DNA of 64,000 nucleotides. Origin: an uncultured Pelagibacteraceae bacterium. GTDB lineage: Bacteria > Pseudomonadota > Alphaproteobacteria > Pelagibacterales > Pelagibacteraceae. Positions within the stretch are counted from its first letter, which is position 1; every line of letters begins with the position of its first letter. The translations under genes were made by a program, and so were the position numbers. Of this stretch, positions 9,354 through 19,460 are shown piece after piece. The DNA lies in NCBI GenBank assembly GCA_902610655.1, contig CACLWL010000005.1:10121-74120 (forward strand), in the 5' to 3' direction. Under the pieces are notes generated by a model. It was not told the DNA's origin, searched no databases, and was given only the letters and a program-made list of their open reading frames with translations.

Positions 9354-10785
9354 GTTTTTTTCTTAATTTATTTGAAAAGTTTTTATTTAAAAAAAATTTA
9401 AGATCTTTAAGCACTGGTTTATCTTTAATTCTGCTCTCAATTAGTCTCCAAGTATATGGAATAAGTTTTAAATATTGTTTCTTTTGATCTCTAATAGAAA
9501 GTCTTGTAAAAATTCCAATAATTTTTAAATTTCGAAGCACAGATAAAATATAAAAATCATTTTCAAATTCTTTTTTATTAATTTGATTTTTATCATACTT
9601 TAAATAATAATCTAAAAGTTTTACTTTATCTTTTTCACTAGTTTTAAATCTAACATCGTCAACAATTGAGGCCAAATCATATGCTTTATTCCCAATAACT
9701 GCATCTTGACTATCTAAGAGACCAAATGAATTTTTGTAAGGAACTATATTAGATATATGAAAATCTCTATGGACAAAAATACGATTTTTCATTTTAATTT
9801 TTTCAGTCAATAATTTTATTAATTTTTTTAGTTCTGAATTTATTCTTTTAACATCTTCCTTTTTTTTTACATTTGGTACATACCAATCACAAAAAAGTTT
9901 TGCCTCATTAAAAATTTTAACTTTAGTATATTTAGGAATTTTATAATTCTTGCGCATAAAGTTTTTAATATTTGAGTGTTTTACTTTTTGAATTTTTAAT
10001 AAAAATAAAATAATTTTTTTATAAATTGAAAAATTTTTATTACTTTTACTTTTAGAAAAAATATCAAAAACAGTATTATTCCCTAAATCTTGTATTTCTA
10101 TATAATTATTTTTATAATTTTGATAATATAACTTTGGAGCAATAATTTTATTTTTAATTAAAATTTTATTTATTGCATCATAATTTAATAGATTTTTTTT
10201 CTTGTCTTTTTTGCTGTAAACAATAATTGAACTTTTTTTAACTTTATGTTTTCTATAAAAAATTCTTGATGATGCATCTCCTTTAACCTTGATGTAACGA
10301 TTTTCTCCAAGTTTTTCATTAATCTCTATTCCAAACATTATTTTTTTAATTTTTAAAAATCTTTTATTTGATTGTTTCTTATATTCAAAAAACAGTTCAT
10401 ACCTGTTATCAGGTTTAAATTTTATTTTTTCGGGCCATTCAACTATTGTAAGGCAATTTTTATAATCATTAAATAGCCCGATGTTATTAAGGTCTATTGT
10501 TTTATCTATTCTAAATAAATCAAAATGATTGATATTTAAATTTTTTGCTTGATATTCATTCATAATATTAAAAGTTGGACTAGTAATCTCACTTAAATAT
10601 TCTTTTTTCTTTTTTTGAATAGAGTTAATCAAATATTTTACGAATGTGGTTTTGCCTACACCTATTTCTCCGTAAAGAAAAATCACATCTCCTTCAGTGA
10701 TAAAATTTGCGAAAAAATTAGCTAAATTGAAAGTTTTGTCTTCTTTGGAAATATCTATTTTGCCACTATTAGTAGCGATACGCAT
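9343..10785 (-). CDS. tsaE: Fusion of TsaE (t6A biosynthesis ATPase) and AmgK-like anomeric MurNAc/GlcNAc kinase (APH family)
   Basis: N-terminal [24 protein letters not shown]; C-terminal [24 protein letters not shown]; one continuous 480-aa ORF. Confidence 0.85.
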   Translation of the reverse strand: MRIATNSGKIDISKEDKTFNLANFFANFITEGDVIFLYGEIGVGKTTFVKYLINSIQKKKKEYLSEITSPTFNIMNEYQAKNLNINHFDLFRIDKTIDLNNIGLFNDYKNCLTIVEWPEKIKFKPDNRYELFFEYKKQSNKRFLKIKKIMFGIEINEKLGENRYIKVKGDASSRIFYRKHKVKKSSIIVYSKKDKKKNLLNYDAINKILIKNKIIAPKLYYQNYKNNYIEIQDLGNNTVFDIFSKSKSNKNFSIYKKIILFLLKIQKVKHSNIKNFMRKNYKIPKYTKVKIFNEAKLFCDWYVPNVKKKEDVKRINSELKKLIKLLTEKIKMKNRIFVHRDFHISNIVPYKNSFGLLDSQDAVIGNKAYDLASIVDDVRFKTSEKDKVKLLDYYLKYDKNQINKKEFENDFYILSVLRNLKIIGIFTRLSIRDQKKQYLKLIPYTWRLIESRIKDKPVLKDLKFFLNKNFSNKLRKKHAN

Positions 10786-12055
10786 GGGGTTTGTATGGTC
10801 CCTCTGGCGTTACACTTATATAATCAGCTTGCTCTTTTGATAGTGGTGTTAATTTTGCACCAACTTTATCTAGGTGAAGTCTAGCAACTTTTTCATCTAA
10901 GTGTTTAGGGAGCACATAAACTTTATTTTCATAATTTTTTGAGTTATTCCATAACTCTATTTGAGCAATAACTTGATTTGTAAATGATGCGCTCATAACG
11001 AAACTAGGGTGACCAGTACCACAACCTAAATTTACAAGTCTTCCCTCTGCTAACAATATTAATCTTTTTTCATCTGGAAATGTTATTTCGTGAACTTGAG
11101 GTTTTACTTCATCCCATTTATAATTTTTTAGAGCATCAACCTGAATTTCATTATCAAAGTGTCCAATATTACATAAAATTGATCTATCTTTCATAGCCCT
11201 CATATGATCAGCTGTTACTACATCTTTATTTCCAGTTGCAGTTACAACTATATCTGCCTGACCTATCATTTCGTCCATTAAAACAACTTCATAACCTTCC
11301 ATGGCAGCCTGAAGTGCACAAATCGGGTCTGTTTCTGTTACTAAAACTCTTGCACCACTTTGTCTTAAAGAAGCGGCACTACCTTTTCCAACATCACCAA
11401 AACCAGCAACAATTGCAACTTTTCCTGACATCATTACATCAGTGGCTCTTTTTATTCCATCAACTAAACTTTCTCTACATCCGTATAAGTTATCAAATTT
11501 TGATTTTGTAACAGAATCGTTTACATTAATTGCTGGTACCAAAAGGGTTCCTTGCTCTTCCATTTTTTTAAGTGCTAAAACACCTGTTGTTGTCTCTTCA
11601 CTTAAACCTTTAACATTTTTTAATAATTCTTTATAATCTTTATGCATCAGTGCAGTAAGATCCCCCCCATCATCTAAAATCATATTAGGAATCCACTCTT
11701 TTTTTCCTTCAATTGTTTGCTTAACGCACCACCAATATTCTTCCTCAGTCTCGCCCTTCCAGGCAAACACTGGTATACCAGCTTTAGCAATTGCAGCTGC
11801 GGCATGGTCTTGAGTTGAAAATATATTGCATGAAGACCATCTAACCTCAGCTCCAAGATCAACTAAAGTTTCAATCAAGACTGCAGTTTGAATAGTCATA
11901 TGCAGACAACCTAAAATTCTTGCACCTTTAAGAGGGTTTTTGCCTTTATATTCAGCTCTTACTGCCATTAATCCTGGCATTTCTGTTTCTGCTAATGAAA
12001 TTTCTTTTCTTCCAAAATCTGCTTGTGATATGTCTTTTACTTTATAATCCTGCAT
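10769..12055 (-). CDS. ahcY: Adenosylhomocysteinase
   Basis: [42 protein letters not shown]. Confidence 0.98.
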   Translation of the reverse strand: MQDYKVKDISQADFGRKEISLAETEMPGLMAVRAEYKGKNPLKGARILGCLHMTIQTAVLIETLVDLGAEVRWSSCNIFSTQDHAAAAIAKAGIPVFAWKGETEEEYWWCVKQTIEGKKEWIPNMILDDGGDLTALMHKDYKELLKNVKGLSEETTTGVLALKKMEEQGTLLVPAINVNDSVTKSKFDNLYGCRESLVDGIKRATDVMMSGKVAIVAGFGDVGKGSAASLRQSGARVLVTETDPICALQAAMEGYEVVLMDEMIGQADIVVTATGNKDVVTADHMRAMKDRSILCNIGHFDNEIQVDALKNYKWDEVKPQVHEITFPDEKRLILLAEGRLVNLGCGTGHPSFVMSASFTNQVIAQIELWNNSKNYENKVYVLPKHLDEKVARLHLDKVGAKLTPLSKEQADYISVTPEGPYKPHAYRY

Positions 12056-12100
12056 AAAAGCGATCTTTTAGCAGTATAATTTTAAATAATCAACTTTTCA

Positions 12101-13627
12101 TTAGGCTGAAGGAAAAATAATTTCAATTTTTGCTCCTTTTCCTTTGGAAATATTACTAGCGCTAATTGTACCACCATGTAGATCAATCAAATTTTTGACT
12201 ATATTTAGGCCAAGACCTGAATGTTCACCAAATTTTCCAGGTCTATTACTATAAAATCTTTTAAATATTTTTTTTGTATCATTTTCCTTAAAGCCTGAAC
12301 CTTCGTCTAATACATTAAGCATCACAAATTTATTTTTTTTATAAAGTTTCACATTAACCATCTTATTATCACCGCTAAAGGAAATAGAATTTTCAAGCAG
12401 GTTTGCTAGAATTTGCTCAATTCTATTTTCAATTCCCATAATTTCGATCTTGCTACCATCTTGATCTGAGTTGAGGCAAATTTTTATTCCTCTTTTTGAC
12501 ATATAAATACCATTAAAATCATCTACAACCGAAGTTACTATTGGCCTTAAGTCAATTTTTTTCATCTGCTCTTTAGTTATTGCTACTTCATCTTTAAGCA
12601 TCTGGGAATAGTCTGTAATTAATCTTTCTATTCTCTCGACATCATGACTTAAAATTTTGACTAGTTTATCTCTCTGATTTTTATCCTCTGTTTCTGAAAT
12701 AATTTCAGATGCACTTTTTAATGATGCAAGTGGATTTCGTATTTCATGAACAAGATCGGTAGAAAAATTTTCTGCATTATCTGCTCTCTTTTGAAGTTCG
12801 TGGGTCATATCATCTAGTGAGTTTGACAAAACACCTAGTTCATCATCTCTTTTTTTAAGACTTTGTATATTAGTCTTTTTTTCACTTTTATCTTTAATAA
12901 TTTTTGTATAGTCAACAAGATTTCTAATTGGTTTTAAAAAATATCTATTTAATACAAAAGAAAAAATAAAAATTACTAATGTAACAACTAAAGCTGTTCT
13001 AATTACAAAATTCTTTCTTTCATCAATTGCGGTTTTGATATCATTTGCTCTTTCAACTACTAAAATATAACCAACATTTTCATCATTAATTGTAAAATTT
13101 TTTAATGTACTCAAAATAAATTTATTGTAAGTTTCGTCAGTAAAGGTAAATGGTTTTCCATACTCTGTTGAGATTGAATATTCCTCTGTAATATTGCTAA
13201 TATTTTTCTCATCATCCTTTTTATTAATATTTTTTATTTGTTCATCTATATTGTTATCTAAATTTTCAAATTGTATCTGGTCTGTTCTTTGAGAAAAAGA
13301 TCTTGGATCCAAATCTAAGGTATCTGTATCAGCAATTATGTCAAAGTCTGAGTCTAAAAAAATTACTCTATCTAAACTTTGAAATAAAAAACCTGTTGAA
13401 AATAAAAACTTTCTCAAATCGTCCTCATTAAAATTAATTTTTAGCCTTCTTATATGATCAATCGTATTATTTATTACTGCTATATGATTTGAAGTTTTTT
13501 TATAGATTAAATTCGGTTTAGAGAAGTTTAAATATAAAATCGTTAATATTCCAATTACAATAAATATTATTAAGTTTATGAATAAGAATTTTTTTAAAAT
13601 TGAGAAATTCTTAAGTAGAGAACCCAT
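12101..13627 (-). CDS. chvG: Sensor histidine kinase ChvG/ExoS
   Basis: Two TM segments, HAMP domain, VHEIRNPLAS, NLLEN, FYSNRP..FGEHSGLGL; next to chvI. Confidence 0.9.
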   Translation of the reverse strand: MGSLLKNFSILKKFLFINLIIFIVIGILTILYLNFSKPNLIYKKTSNHIAVINNTIDHIRRLKINFNEDDLRKFLFSTGFLFQSLDRVIFLDSDFDIIADTDTLDLDPRSFSQRTDQIQFENLDNNIDEQIKNINKKDDEKNISNITEEYSISTEYGKPFTFTDETYNKFILSTLKNFTINDENVGYILVVERANDIKTAIDERKNFVIRTALVVTLVIFIFSFVLNRYFLKPIRNLVDYTKIIKDKSEKKTNIQSLKKRDDELGVLSNSLDDMTHELQKRADNAENFSTDLVHEIRNPLASLKSASEIISETEDKNQRDKLVKILSHDVERIERLITDYSQMLKDEVAITKEQMKKIDLRPIVTSVVDDFNGIYMSKRGIKICLNSDQDGSKIEIMGIENRIEQILANLLENSISFSGDNKMVNVKLYKKNKFVMLNVLDEGSGFKENDTKKIFKRFYSNRPGKFGEHSGLGLNIVKNLIDLHGGTISASNISKGKGAKIEIIFPSA

Positions 13628-13630
13628 TAA

Positions 13631-14332
13631 TTAATTTACATTCCATCTATAACCACTTCCATACCTTGTTTCTATAGCAGAGAAGTTTTGGTCAACTTTT
13701 TTAAATTTTTTCCTAATTCTTTTTACATGACTGTCTATTGTCCTATCTTCAATATCTGTGTCTTCTCTATAAGCAATATCCATTAATTGAGATCTTTCTT
13801 TAATTATTCCGGGTCGTTTGGCTAACTCTTGAACAATTAAAAATTCAGTAGTTGTGAGTTTATCAGGTAGTTGTTTTCCATCCCATTCGCATTCTAGTTG
13901 AGAAGGGTCCAATTTTAGTTTTCCATGAGATATAATGTTTTTAGTCTCCTCTGCTGGACTAAGATTTTTCTTTCTTAACTGTACCCTAATTCTCTCGATT
14001 AGAACTTTTATTGAAAAACCCCCTGACTTCTTAACAAAGTCATCTGCACCTAGCTTTAGTCCTAAAAGCTCATCAATCTCATCATCTTTGGACGTTAAAA
14101 ATATAACTGGTAAAGTTGTTTTTTTTCTTAATTTTTTTAAAAGTTCTTCTCCATCCATCTTGGGCATTTTAATATCAATTATTGCTAAATCTGGTGGCTG
14201 TCTAGTTAAGCCAATTAAGGCACTTTCTCCATCTAAGTAAGTTTGTACATTAAACCCCTCTTTTTCTAGGGCAATGCTAATACTTGTTAAAATATTTCTG
14301 TCGTCATCAATTAGTGCGATTATTTGTTTCAT
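13631..14332 (-). CDS. chvI: Response regulator ChvI (OmpR family)
   Basis: DDDRNIL, DIKMP.MDG, FLTSKD, DRTIDSH.KR.R.KF, ChvI-typical. Confidence 0.93.
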   Translation of the reverse strand: MKQIIALIDDDRNILTSISIALEKEGFNVQTYLDGESALIGLTRQPPDLAIIDIKMPKMDGEELLKKLRKKTTLPVIFLTSKDDEIDELLGLKLGADDFVKKSGGFSIKVLIERIRVQLRKKNLSPAEETKNIISHGKLKLDPSQLECEWDGKQLPDKLTTTEFLIVQELAKRPGIIKERSQLMDIAYREDTDIEDRTIDSHVKRIRKKFKKVDQNFSAIETRYGSGYRWNVN

Positions 14333-14385
14333 ATATACTTATACAAATACTAAATTGTTCTTAATTGGGCAAGGTTACTTGAAAA

Positions 14386-17160
14386 TTAATGAAGTAAACC
14401 CCAATTATCTCCACTATTCACATCTACTGTTAAAGGTGTTGAAAATGAGTGAAGATCACTATCTTTTACACTTACCATTTCATCTTTAATTAAATTTGTA
14501 AATTTTTTTTCAATTACTTTTGGAACTTCAAATATTAATTCATCATGAATTTGAAGCAACATTTTACATTTTTTCTCATTATTTTCATTCATTTTTTTAT
14601 TAATTCTTATCATTGCTAATCTCATTATTTCTGCAGCGGATCCTTGTATTGGAGCATTTATTGCTGCTCTCTCTTGAAAATTTCTTATGTTAAAATTTTT
14701 ATCATTAATCCCAGTTATATGGCTTCTTCGACCAAATATATTATTTACATATCCGCTTTTTCTACAAAATTTTATAGTTTCATTCATATAATCTTTAATT
14801 TCTGGAAATCTCTTAAAATAAGAATTTAAAAAATCTGCCGCCTCATTGTTAGAGACCATAATTTGCTTTGCTAATCCATATTGGGAAATTCCATAAATAA
14901 TTCCAAAGTTAATTGCTTTTGCTTTTCGCCTCATATCAGAATTAACTTCACTAATTTTTACGTTAAAAACTTGGCTTGCAGTAAGTGAATGGATATCTTG
15001 TTTATTGTTAAAAGCTTTTTTAAGTTCTTTTACATCAGCTAAATCTGCTAAAATTCTCATTTCGATTTGATTATAGTCAGCTGATATAAGAATATTTCCT
15101 GTTTCAGAGACAAATGATTTTCTAATATCTTTTCCATCATCAGTTTTTATTGGAATATTTTGTAAATTCGGATCGCTAGATGCAAGTCTGCCAGTTGTTG
15201 TCGCGGCAAGTAAAAAGGATGTATGTACTCTTTTTGTTTTAGGATTAATATGTTCTTGTAAAGAATCTGAATATGTATTTTTTAGTTTTGAAAGTTGTCT
15301 CCATTCTAGAATAAGTTTAGGAAATTTATTACCTTTGAAAGCTAAATCTTCCAAAACAGAAGCACTTGTTGCATAACTACCTTTTTTTGTTTTTTTTAGA
15401 GTAGCTATCTTTAGATCCTCATACATAATTTGTCCTAGTTGTTTGGTTGATGCAATATTGAATTTTTTCTGAGAGATTTTGTAAATTTTTTCCTCTATCA
15501 AAGAAATTTTTTTTCCAAATTTTTTTGATAAAATCTTTAAAAATTTATCATCTACTTTTACTCCTTGAATTTCCATTTTAGCTAATATTTCAACTAAAGG
15601 TTTTTCAAATATTTCGTAAATATTCTCGAGTTTCTCTTTTATTAAATTTTTTTTTAGAATTTTATATAACCTAAAAGTTATATCTGCATCTTCTGCTGCG
15701 TATTCTGTAGCTTTTTTAATATCAACTTGATCAAATGTAAGTTGTTTTTTTCCTGAACCTACTAAATCTTTATAGGAAATGGTTTTATGTCCTAAATGAA
15801 GCTCAGATAATGTATCCATATTATGTCTATTCTTACCGGCATCAAGTACATAAGACATAAGCATAGTATCTTCCATGGAATTCATTTTGATACCGCGATG
15901 GTAAAAAATTATATAATCAAATTTAATATTTTGACCTATTTTTTTAATCGATTTATCCTCTAAAATTGGTTTTAATTTTTGCAAAACCTTATTTGTATCT
16001 AAAGTAACTTTGTTAGTATGTTTAAGGGGTATATAACAAGCTTTACCAATATTTGTTGCTAATGATATTCCAACTAATTCTGCTAAATGAGGATTAAGAG
16101 AATTTGTTTCAGTATCAATTGATAATTCTCCTTTCTCTTCAGCTTCTTTGAGCCAATCATCAATATCATTTAATTTCTCAATTAATAGATATTTTTTTCT
16201 GTCAACACTTAAAAAATTTTCACCATTTTGTTGTGATTTTTCCCTCTCAGAAAATTTCGGTTCTCCATAATGTGATATCACGCTGCTTAAAAGTCTATTA
16301 AACTCCATTAGTCTTAAAAATTCATATAATTTATCTTTTTCGATATCTTTTAGTATAAATTCATTTAGATTTATTTTGACAGGAACATCTTTTTTTAATG
16401 TTACTAATTTTTTACTTATAAGTGCTTTATCTTTATTTTCGAGAATTGTTTCTCTTCTCTTGTTTTGCTTAATTTCATGAGCACTAGATAAAAGTTTCTC
16501 TAAATTTCCGTATTTATTAATTAACTCTGCGGCAGTTTTAACACCAATACCTGGTACTCCAGGAACATTATCACTCGTGTCTCCTGCTAAGGATTGAACA
16601 TCTACAACTTTATCAGATTTTACTCCAAATTTTTTGATTACATCATCCTCTACTATGAATTTATTTTTCATAGGATCATAAATTCTTACGTTCTTTTTAA
16701 ATAATTGCATCAAATCCTTATCAGAAGATACAATAGTAACTTTAGCTCCTATTTTTAAGATTTGTTCTACATAAGTTGCAATTAAATCATCAGCTTCGTA
16801 ATTAATAAGTTCTACAGACGGTAAATTAAATGCCTGTACCGATTTTCTTATGAAGTCGAATTGAGGAATTAAATCATCAGGTGCATCTGACCTATTTGCT
16901 TTATAATCTTTATATATTTCGTTCCTAAAATTTTTTCTTGCAGAGTCAAATATGACCGCAAAATGTGTTGGCTTTTCTAAATTTTCTTTAGATTTAGAAT
17001 CTTCAAGCAGCTTATACAACATGTTGCAAAAACCATTAACAGCTCCTGTTGGCATTCCATCACTTTTCCTACTTAAAGGTGGTAAGGCGTAATATGCTCT
17101 AAAGATATATCCGGAGCCATCAATTAAATAAAAATGATCGCTTTTTTTAATTTTATCCAT
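14386..17160 (-). CDS. polA: DNA polymerase I
   Basis: 5'-3' exonuclease LIDGS, EADD, GDTSDNVPGV; 3'-5' exonuclease DTET; polymerase motifs DYNQIEMR, KAINFGIIYG, QIHDEL. Confidence 0.98.
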   Translation of the reverse strand: MDKIKKSDHFYLIDGSGYIFRAYYALPPLSRKSDGMPTGAVNGFCNMLYKLLEDSKSKENLEKPTHFAVIFDSARKNFRNEIYKDYKANRSDAPDDLIPQFDFIRKSVQAFNLPSVELINYEADDLIATYVEQILKIGAKVTIVSSDKDLMQLFKKNVRIYDPMKNKFIVEDDVIKKFGVKSDKVVDVQSLAGDTSDNVPGVPGIGVKTAAELINKYGNLEKLLSSAHEIKQNKRRETILENKDKALISKKLVTLKKDVPVKINLNEFILKDIEKDKLYEFLRLMEFNRLLSSVISHYGEPKFSEREKSQQNGENFLSVDRKKYLLIEKLNDIDDWLKEAEEKGELSIDTETNSLNPHLAELVGISLATNIGKACYIPLKHTNKVTLDTNKVLQKLKPILEDKSIKKIGQNIKFDYIIFYHRGIKMNSMEDTMLMSYVLDAGKNRHNMDTLSELHLGHKTISYKDLVGSGKKQLTFDQVDIKKATEYAAEDADITFRLYKILKKNLIKEKLENIYEIFEKPLVEILAKMEIQGVKVDDKFLKILSKKFGKKISLIEEKIYKISQKKFNIASTKQLGQIMYEDLKIATLKKTKKGSYATSASVLEDLAFKGNKFPKLILEWRQLSKLKNTYSDSLQEHINPKTKRVHTSFLLAATTTGRLASSDPNLQNIPIKTDDGKDIRKSFVSETGNILISADYNQIEMRILADLADVKELKKAFNNKQDIHSLTASQVFNVKISEVNSDMRRKAKAINFGIIYGISQYGLAKQIMVSNNEAADFLNSYFKRFPEIKDYMNETIKFCRKSGYVNNIFGRRSHITGINDKNFNIRNFQERAAINAPIQGSAAEIMRLAMIRINKKMNENNEKKCKMLLQIHDELIFEVPKVIEKKFTNLIKDEMVSVKDSDLHSFSTPLTVDVNSGDNWGLLH

Positions 17161-17210
17161 TAATAAATGTTAACTTAATTTATACGAATGTTATAATTGT
17201 ATAAATCATT

Positions 17211-18140
17211 ATGAAAAAAAAAAATGTATTGTCTGTAAAAAATTTAAGCAAAAATTACTCCAAAAACAATTCTGAACCAATAAATGCACTGAAAAATTTA
17301 AACTTAGACGTGCAACAAGGAGAAATTTTTGGTTTATTAGGTCCTAATGGAGCAGGTAAATCAACATTCATAAATATACTAGGTGGAACTGTTATTAAAT
17401 CAGAAGGTAGTGTTAATGTTTGGGGCTACGATATAGATAAAGACCCTAGGCAAGTCAGAGCTTCATTAGGGATAGTTCCCCAGGAGGTAAATTTGGACCC
17501 ATTTTTTAATCCAAGAAGACTTCTTGAACTACAAGCGGGTATGTATGGAGTTAAAAAAGCAGACCGTATAACTGATGAAATTTTAAAACTAGTTTCTCTG
17601 GAGAATAATGCGGACAGTTATGCAAGAAGTCTATCAGGTGGCATGAAAAGAAGGCTTTTAATAGCTAAAGCTTTAGTGCATAAACCTCCAATTTTAATAC
17701 TTGATGAACCAACTGCAGGGGTAGATGTCGAGCTTAGGAAAAACCTTTGGGATAATGTAAAGCTTTTAAATAATATAGGTGTAACAATTATTTTAACAAC
17801 TCACTATCTAATAGAGGCAGAACAAATGTGTGATAGAATTGGAATTTTGAATCAAGGTAATATAGTGGCCTTAGATACAACTAAAAATTTATTAAATAAA
17901 ATACAAACAAAAATTGTTACTTTTACTATTAGTGAAAAGACTAAAATAGATAATATACCACTCAATTCTTTAAAAATAATATCCCAAAATGAGAATCAAA
18001 TAACAGTGTCCTATGAAAAAAACAGTCTCAAAATAGATGAAATTATCTCTCACTTTTTAAAAAAAAATATTAATATTTTAGATATTTCAACTGATGATGC
18101 TGATATTGAAGACGTTTATACAAACCTAACAAAAAACTAG
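17211..18140 (+). CDS. ABC transporter ATP-binding protein (ABC-2/YadG-like)
   Basis: GPNGAGKST, VPQE, LSGGMKRR, LILDEPTAGVD, TTHY. Confidence 0.92.
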   Translation: MKKKNVLSVKNLSKNYSKNNSEPINALKNLNLDVQQGEIFGLLGPNGAGKSTFINILGGTVIKSEGSVNVWGYDIDKDPRQVRASLGIVPQEVNLDPFFNPRRLLELQAGMYGVKKADRITDEILKLVSLENNADSYARSLSGGMKRRLLIAKALVHKPPILILDEPTAGVDVELRKNLWDNVKLLNNIGVTIILTTHYLIEAEQMCDRIGILNQGNIVALDTTKNLLNKIQTKIVTFTISEKTKIDNIPLNSLKIISQNENQITVSYEKNSLKIDEIISHFLKKNINILDISTDDADIEDVYTNLTKN

Positions 18141-18172
18141 CATAAATCATTTGGAAATTGTAATGTAAATCA

Positions 18173-18724
18173 ATGGAAAATATAAGAACTTCTTACAGTC
18201 AAAAATTATTAAAATATTTTTTAATCGTTGTTTTGGGTTCGATGTTATTAACTTTGTCAGCAAAAATAAAAATACCTTTTTATCCAGTGCCAATGACTAT
18301 GCAAACTTTTGTGGTTCTTTTTTTAGGAATTTCTTTAGGCTATAAAATGGCTGTGAGTACAGTTTTTATCTATCTTTTAGAAGGTTTATTAGGAATCCCA
18401 GTTTTCTCAAACTCCCCAGAAAAAGGCGTTGGTTTAGTTTATTTTACAGGTCCAACAATGGGATACTTAATCGGTTTTTTATTTGCAGCTTTTATTTCAG
18501 GTTATTTAAATTTTCAGACAAATTTCGTATTAATTTTTTTTAAACTTATATTATCTGTTTTTTTTATTTATTTATTTGGAGTAATTTGGCTGGGTTATTT
18601 AATTGGATGGGAAAAACCAATATTCCAGCTTGGAGTTGCTCCTTTTATTTATGCTGAATTATTTAAAGTTTTACTACTTACTTTTTTATCAACCAACATT
18701 ATTAAAATTAGAAAAATTATTTAG
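18173..18724 (+). CDS. bioY: Biotin transporter BioY
   Basis: PVPMTMQ, YL.EG..G.PVF, GPT.GYLIGF. Confidence 0.92.
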   Translation: MENIRTSYSQKLLKYFLIVVLGSMLLTLSAKIKIPFYPVPMTMQTFVVLFLGISLGYKMAVSTVFIYLLEGLLGIPVFSNSPEKGVGLVYFTGPTMGYLIGFLFAAFISGYLNFQTNFVLIFFKLILSVFFIYLFGVIWLGYLIGWEKPIFQLGVAPFIYAELFKVLLLTFLSTNIIKIRKII

Positions 18725-19274
18725 GCGATCTTTTATACAAAATTCTTTGTAATGTTCGTCTGTGCATTTTTAGTCTTCTAGCTGTTTCAGAAACATTTCT
18801 ATTGCACAGTTCAAATACCCTGTGAATATGCTCCCACTTAACTCTATCTGCAGACATCGGATTTTCTGGAGGTTGAGCTTTACTTTTTGGATCAGCTAAT
18901 AGAGCTTTTTCGATATCATCAGCATCTGCTGGTTTTGCAAGATAATCAATTGCACCTTGTTTTATTGCGGCAACCGCAGTTGGAATATTCCCATATCCAG
19001 TTAACATTATAATTTTGCTGTTCGAATTTTTTTTTTGCAATTCCTTTACAACTTCAAGTCCATTTCCATCTCCAAGTCTTAAGTCAACAACTGCAAATGC
19101 AGGATTCTTACTATTTAACGAGGCAATACCTGATTTTACACCCTCAGCTTGAGAAACTACGAAGCCTTTTTTCTCCATCGCTCTTGATAGTCTTTCTCTG
19201 AAGGTATTATCATCATCAACTATTAATAGCGATTTATCAGCTAAATTTGCAGTATTTTGAACACTTTCTGTCAT
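18717..19274 (-). CDS. regA: RegA/PrrA/ActR redox response regulator
   Basis: Receiver domain plus PPENPMSADRVKWEHI.RV.ELC.RNVSETARRL.MHRRTLQRIL. Confidence 0.96.
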   Translation of the reverse strand: MTESVQNTANLADKSLLIVDDDNTFRERLSRAMEKKGFVVSQAEGVKSGIASLNSKNPAFAVVDLRLGDGNGLEVVKELQKKNSNSKIIMLTGYGNIPTAVAAIKQGAIDYLAKPADADDIEKALLADPKSKAQPPENPMSADRVKWEHIHRVFELCNRNVSETARRLKMHRRTLQRILYKRSPK

Positions 19275-19359
19275 ACGGACTATATAGGTTTGATGTCAGA
19301 TTTTTCAATAGTCCAAAAATTACAAAATTAAAGGCTTGTTTATTAAGGGGAAAATTACT

Positions 19360-19388
19360 TTGACAATACCTTTCATTTCTCATAATTA
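19360..19388 (+). promoter_or_regulatory. Putative sigma70 promoter of the polyamine operon
   Basis: TTGACA at 19360-19365; CATAAT at 19381 (15-bp spacer) or TAATTA at 19383 (17-bp spacer). Confidence 0.5.
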
Positions 19389-19400
19389 GGGGATAATTAC

Positions 19401-19432
19401 AAAATTGCATACTGGTTATGCTAATTTTTTTT
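19401..19432 (+). promoter_or_regulatory. Terminator-like hairpin with U-tract in the 5' leader of the polyamine operon
   Basis: AAAATT-GCATA / loop CTGGT / TATGC-(T)-AATTTT, with a T8 run at 19425-19432; SD GAGGGG at 19448-19453. Confidence 0.35.
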
Positions 19433-19460
19433 GTTAAATTTTTTTTCGAGGGGCTATTAA

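Noticed and set aside
12056-12100. Possible SAH or SAM riboswitch upstream of ahcY
   Set aside because: Only 45 bp, mostly taken up by a promoter-like sequence, with no aptamer core.
11236-14829. Short alternative-frame and antisense ORFs inside ahcY, chvI and polA
   Set aside because: They lie largely within conserved genes and show no recognisable domains.
19277-19314. Inverted repeat GGACTAT...ATAGTCC just upstream of regA
   Set aside because: Only 7 bp with a 24-nt loop, overlapping the probable regA promoter region; too weak without conservation data.
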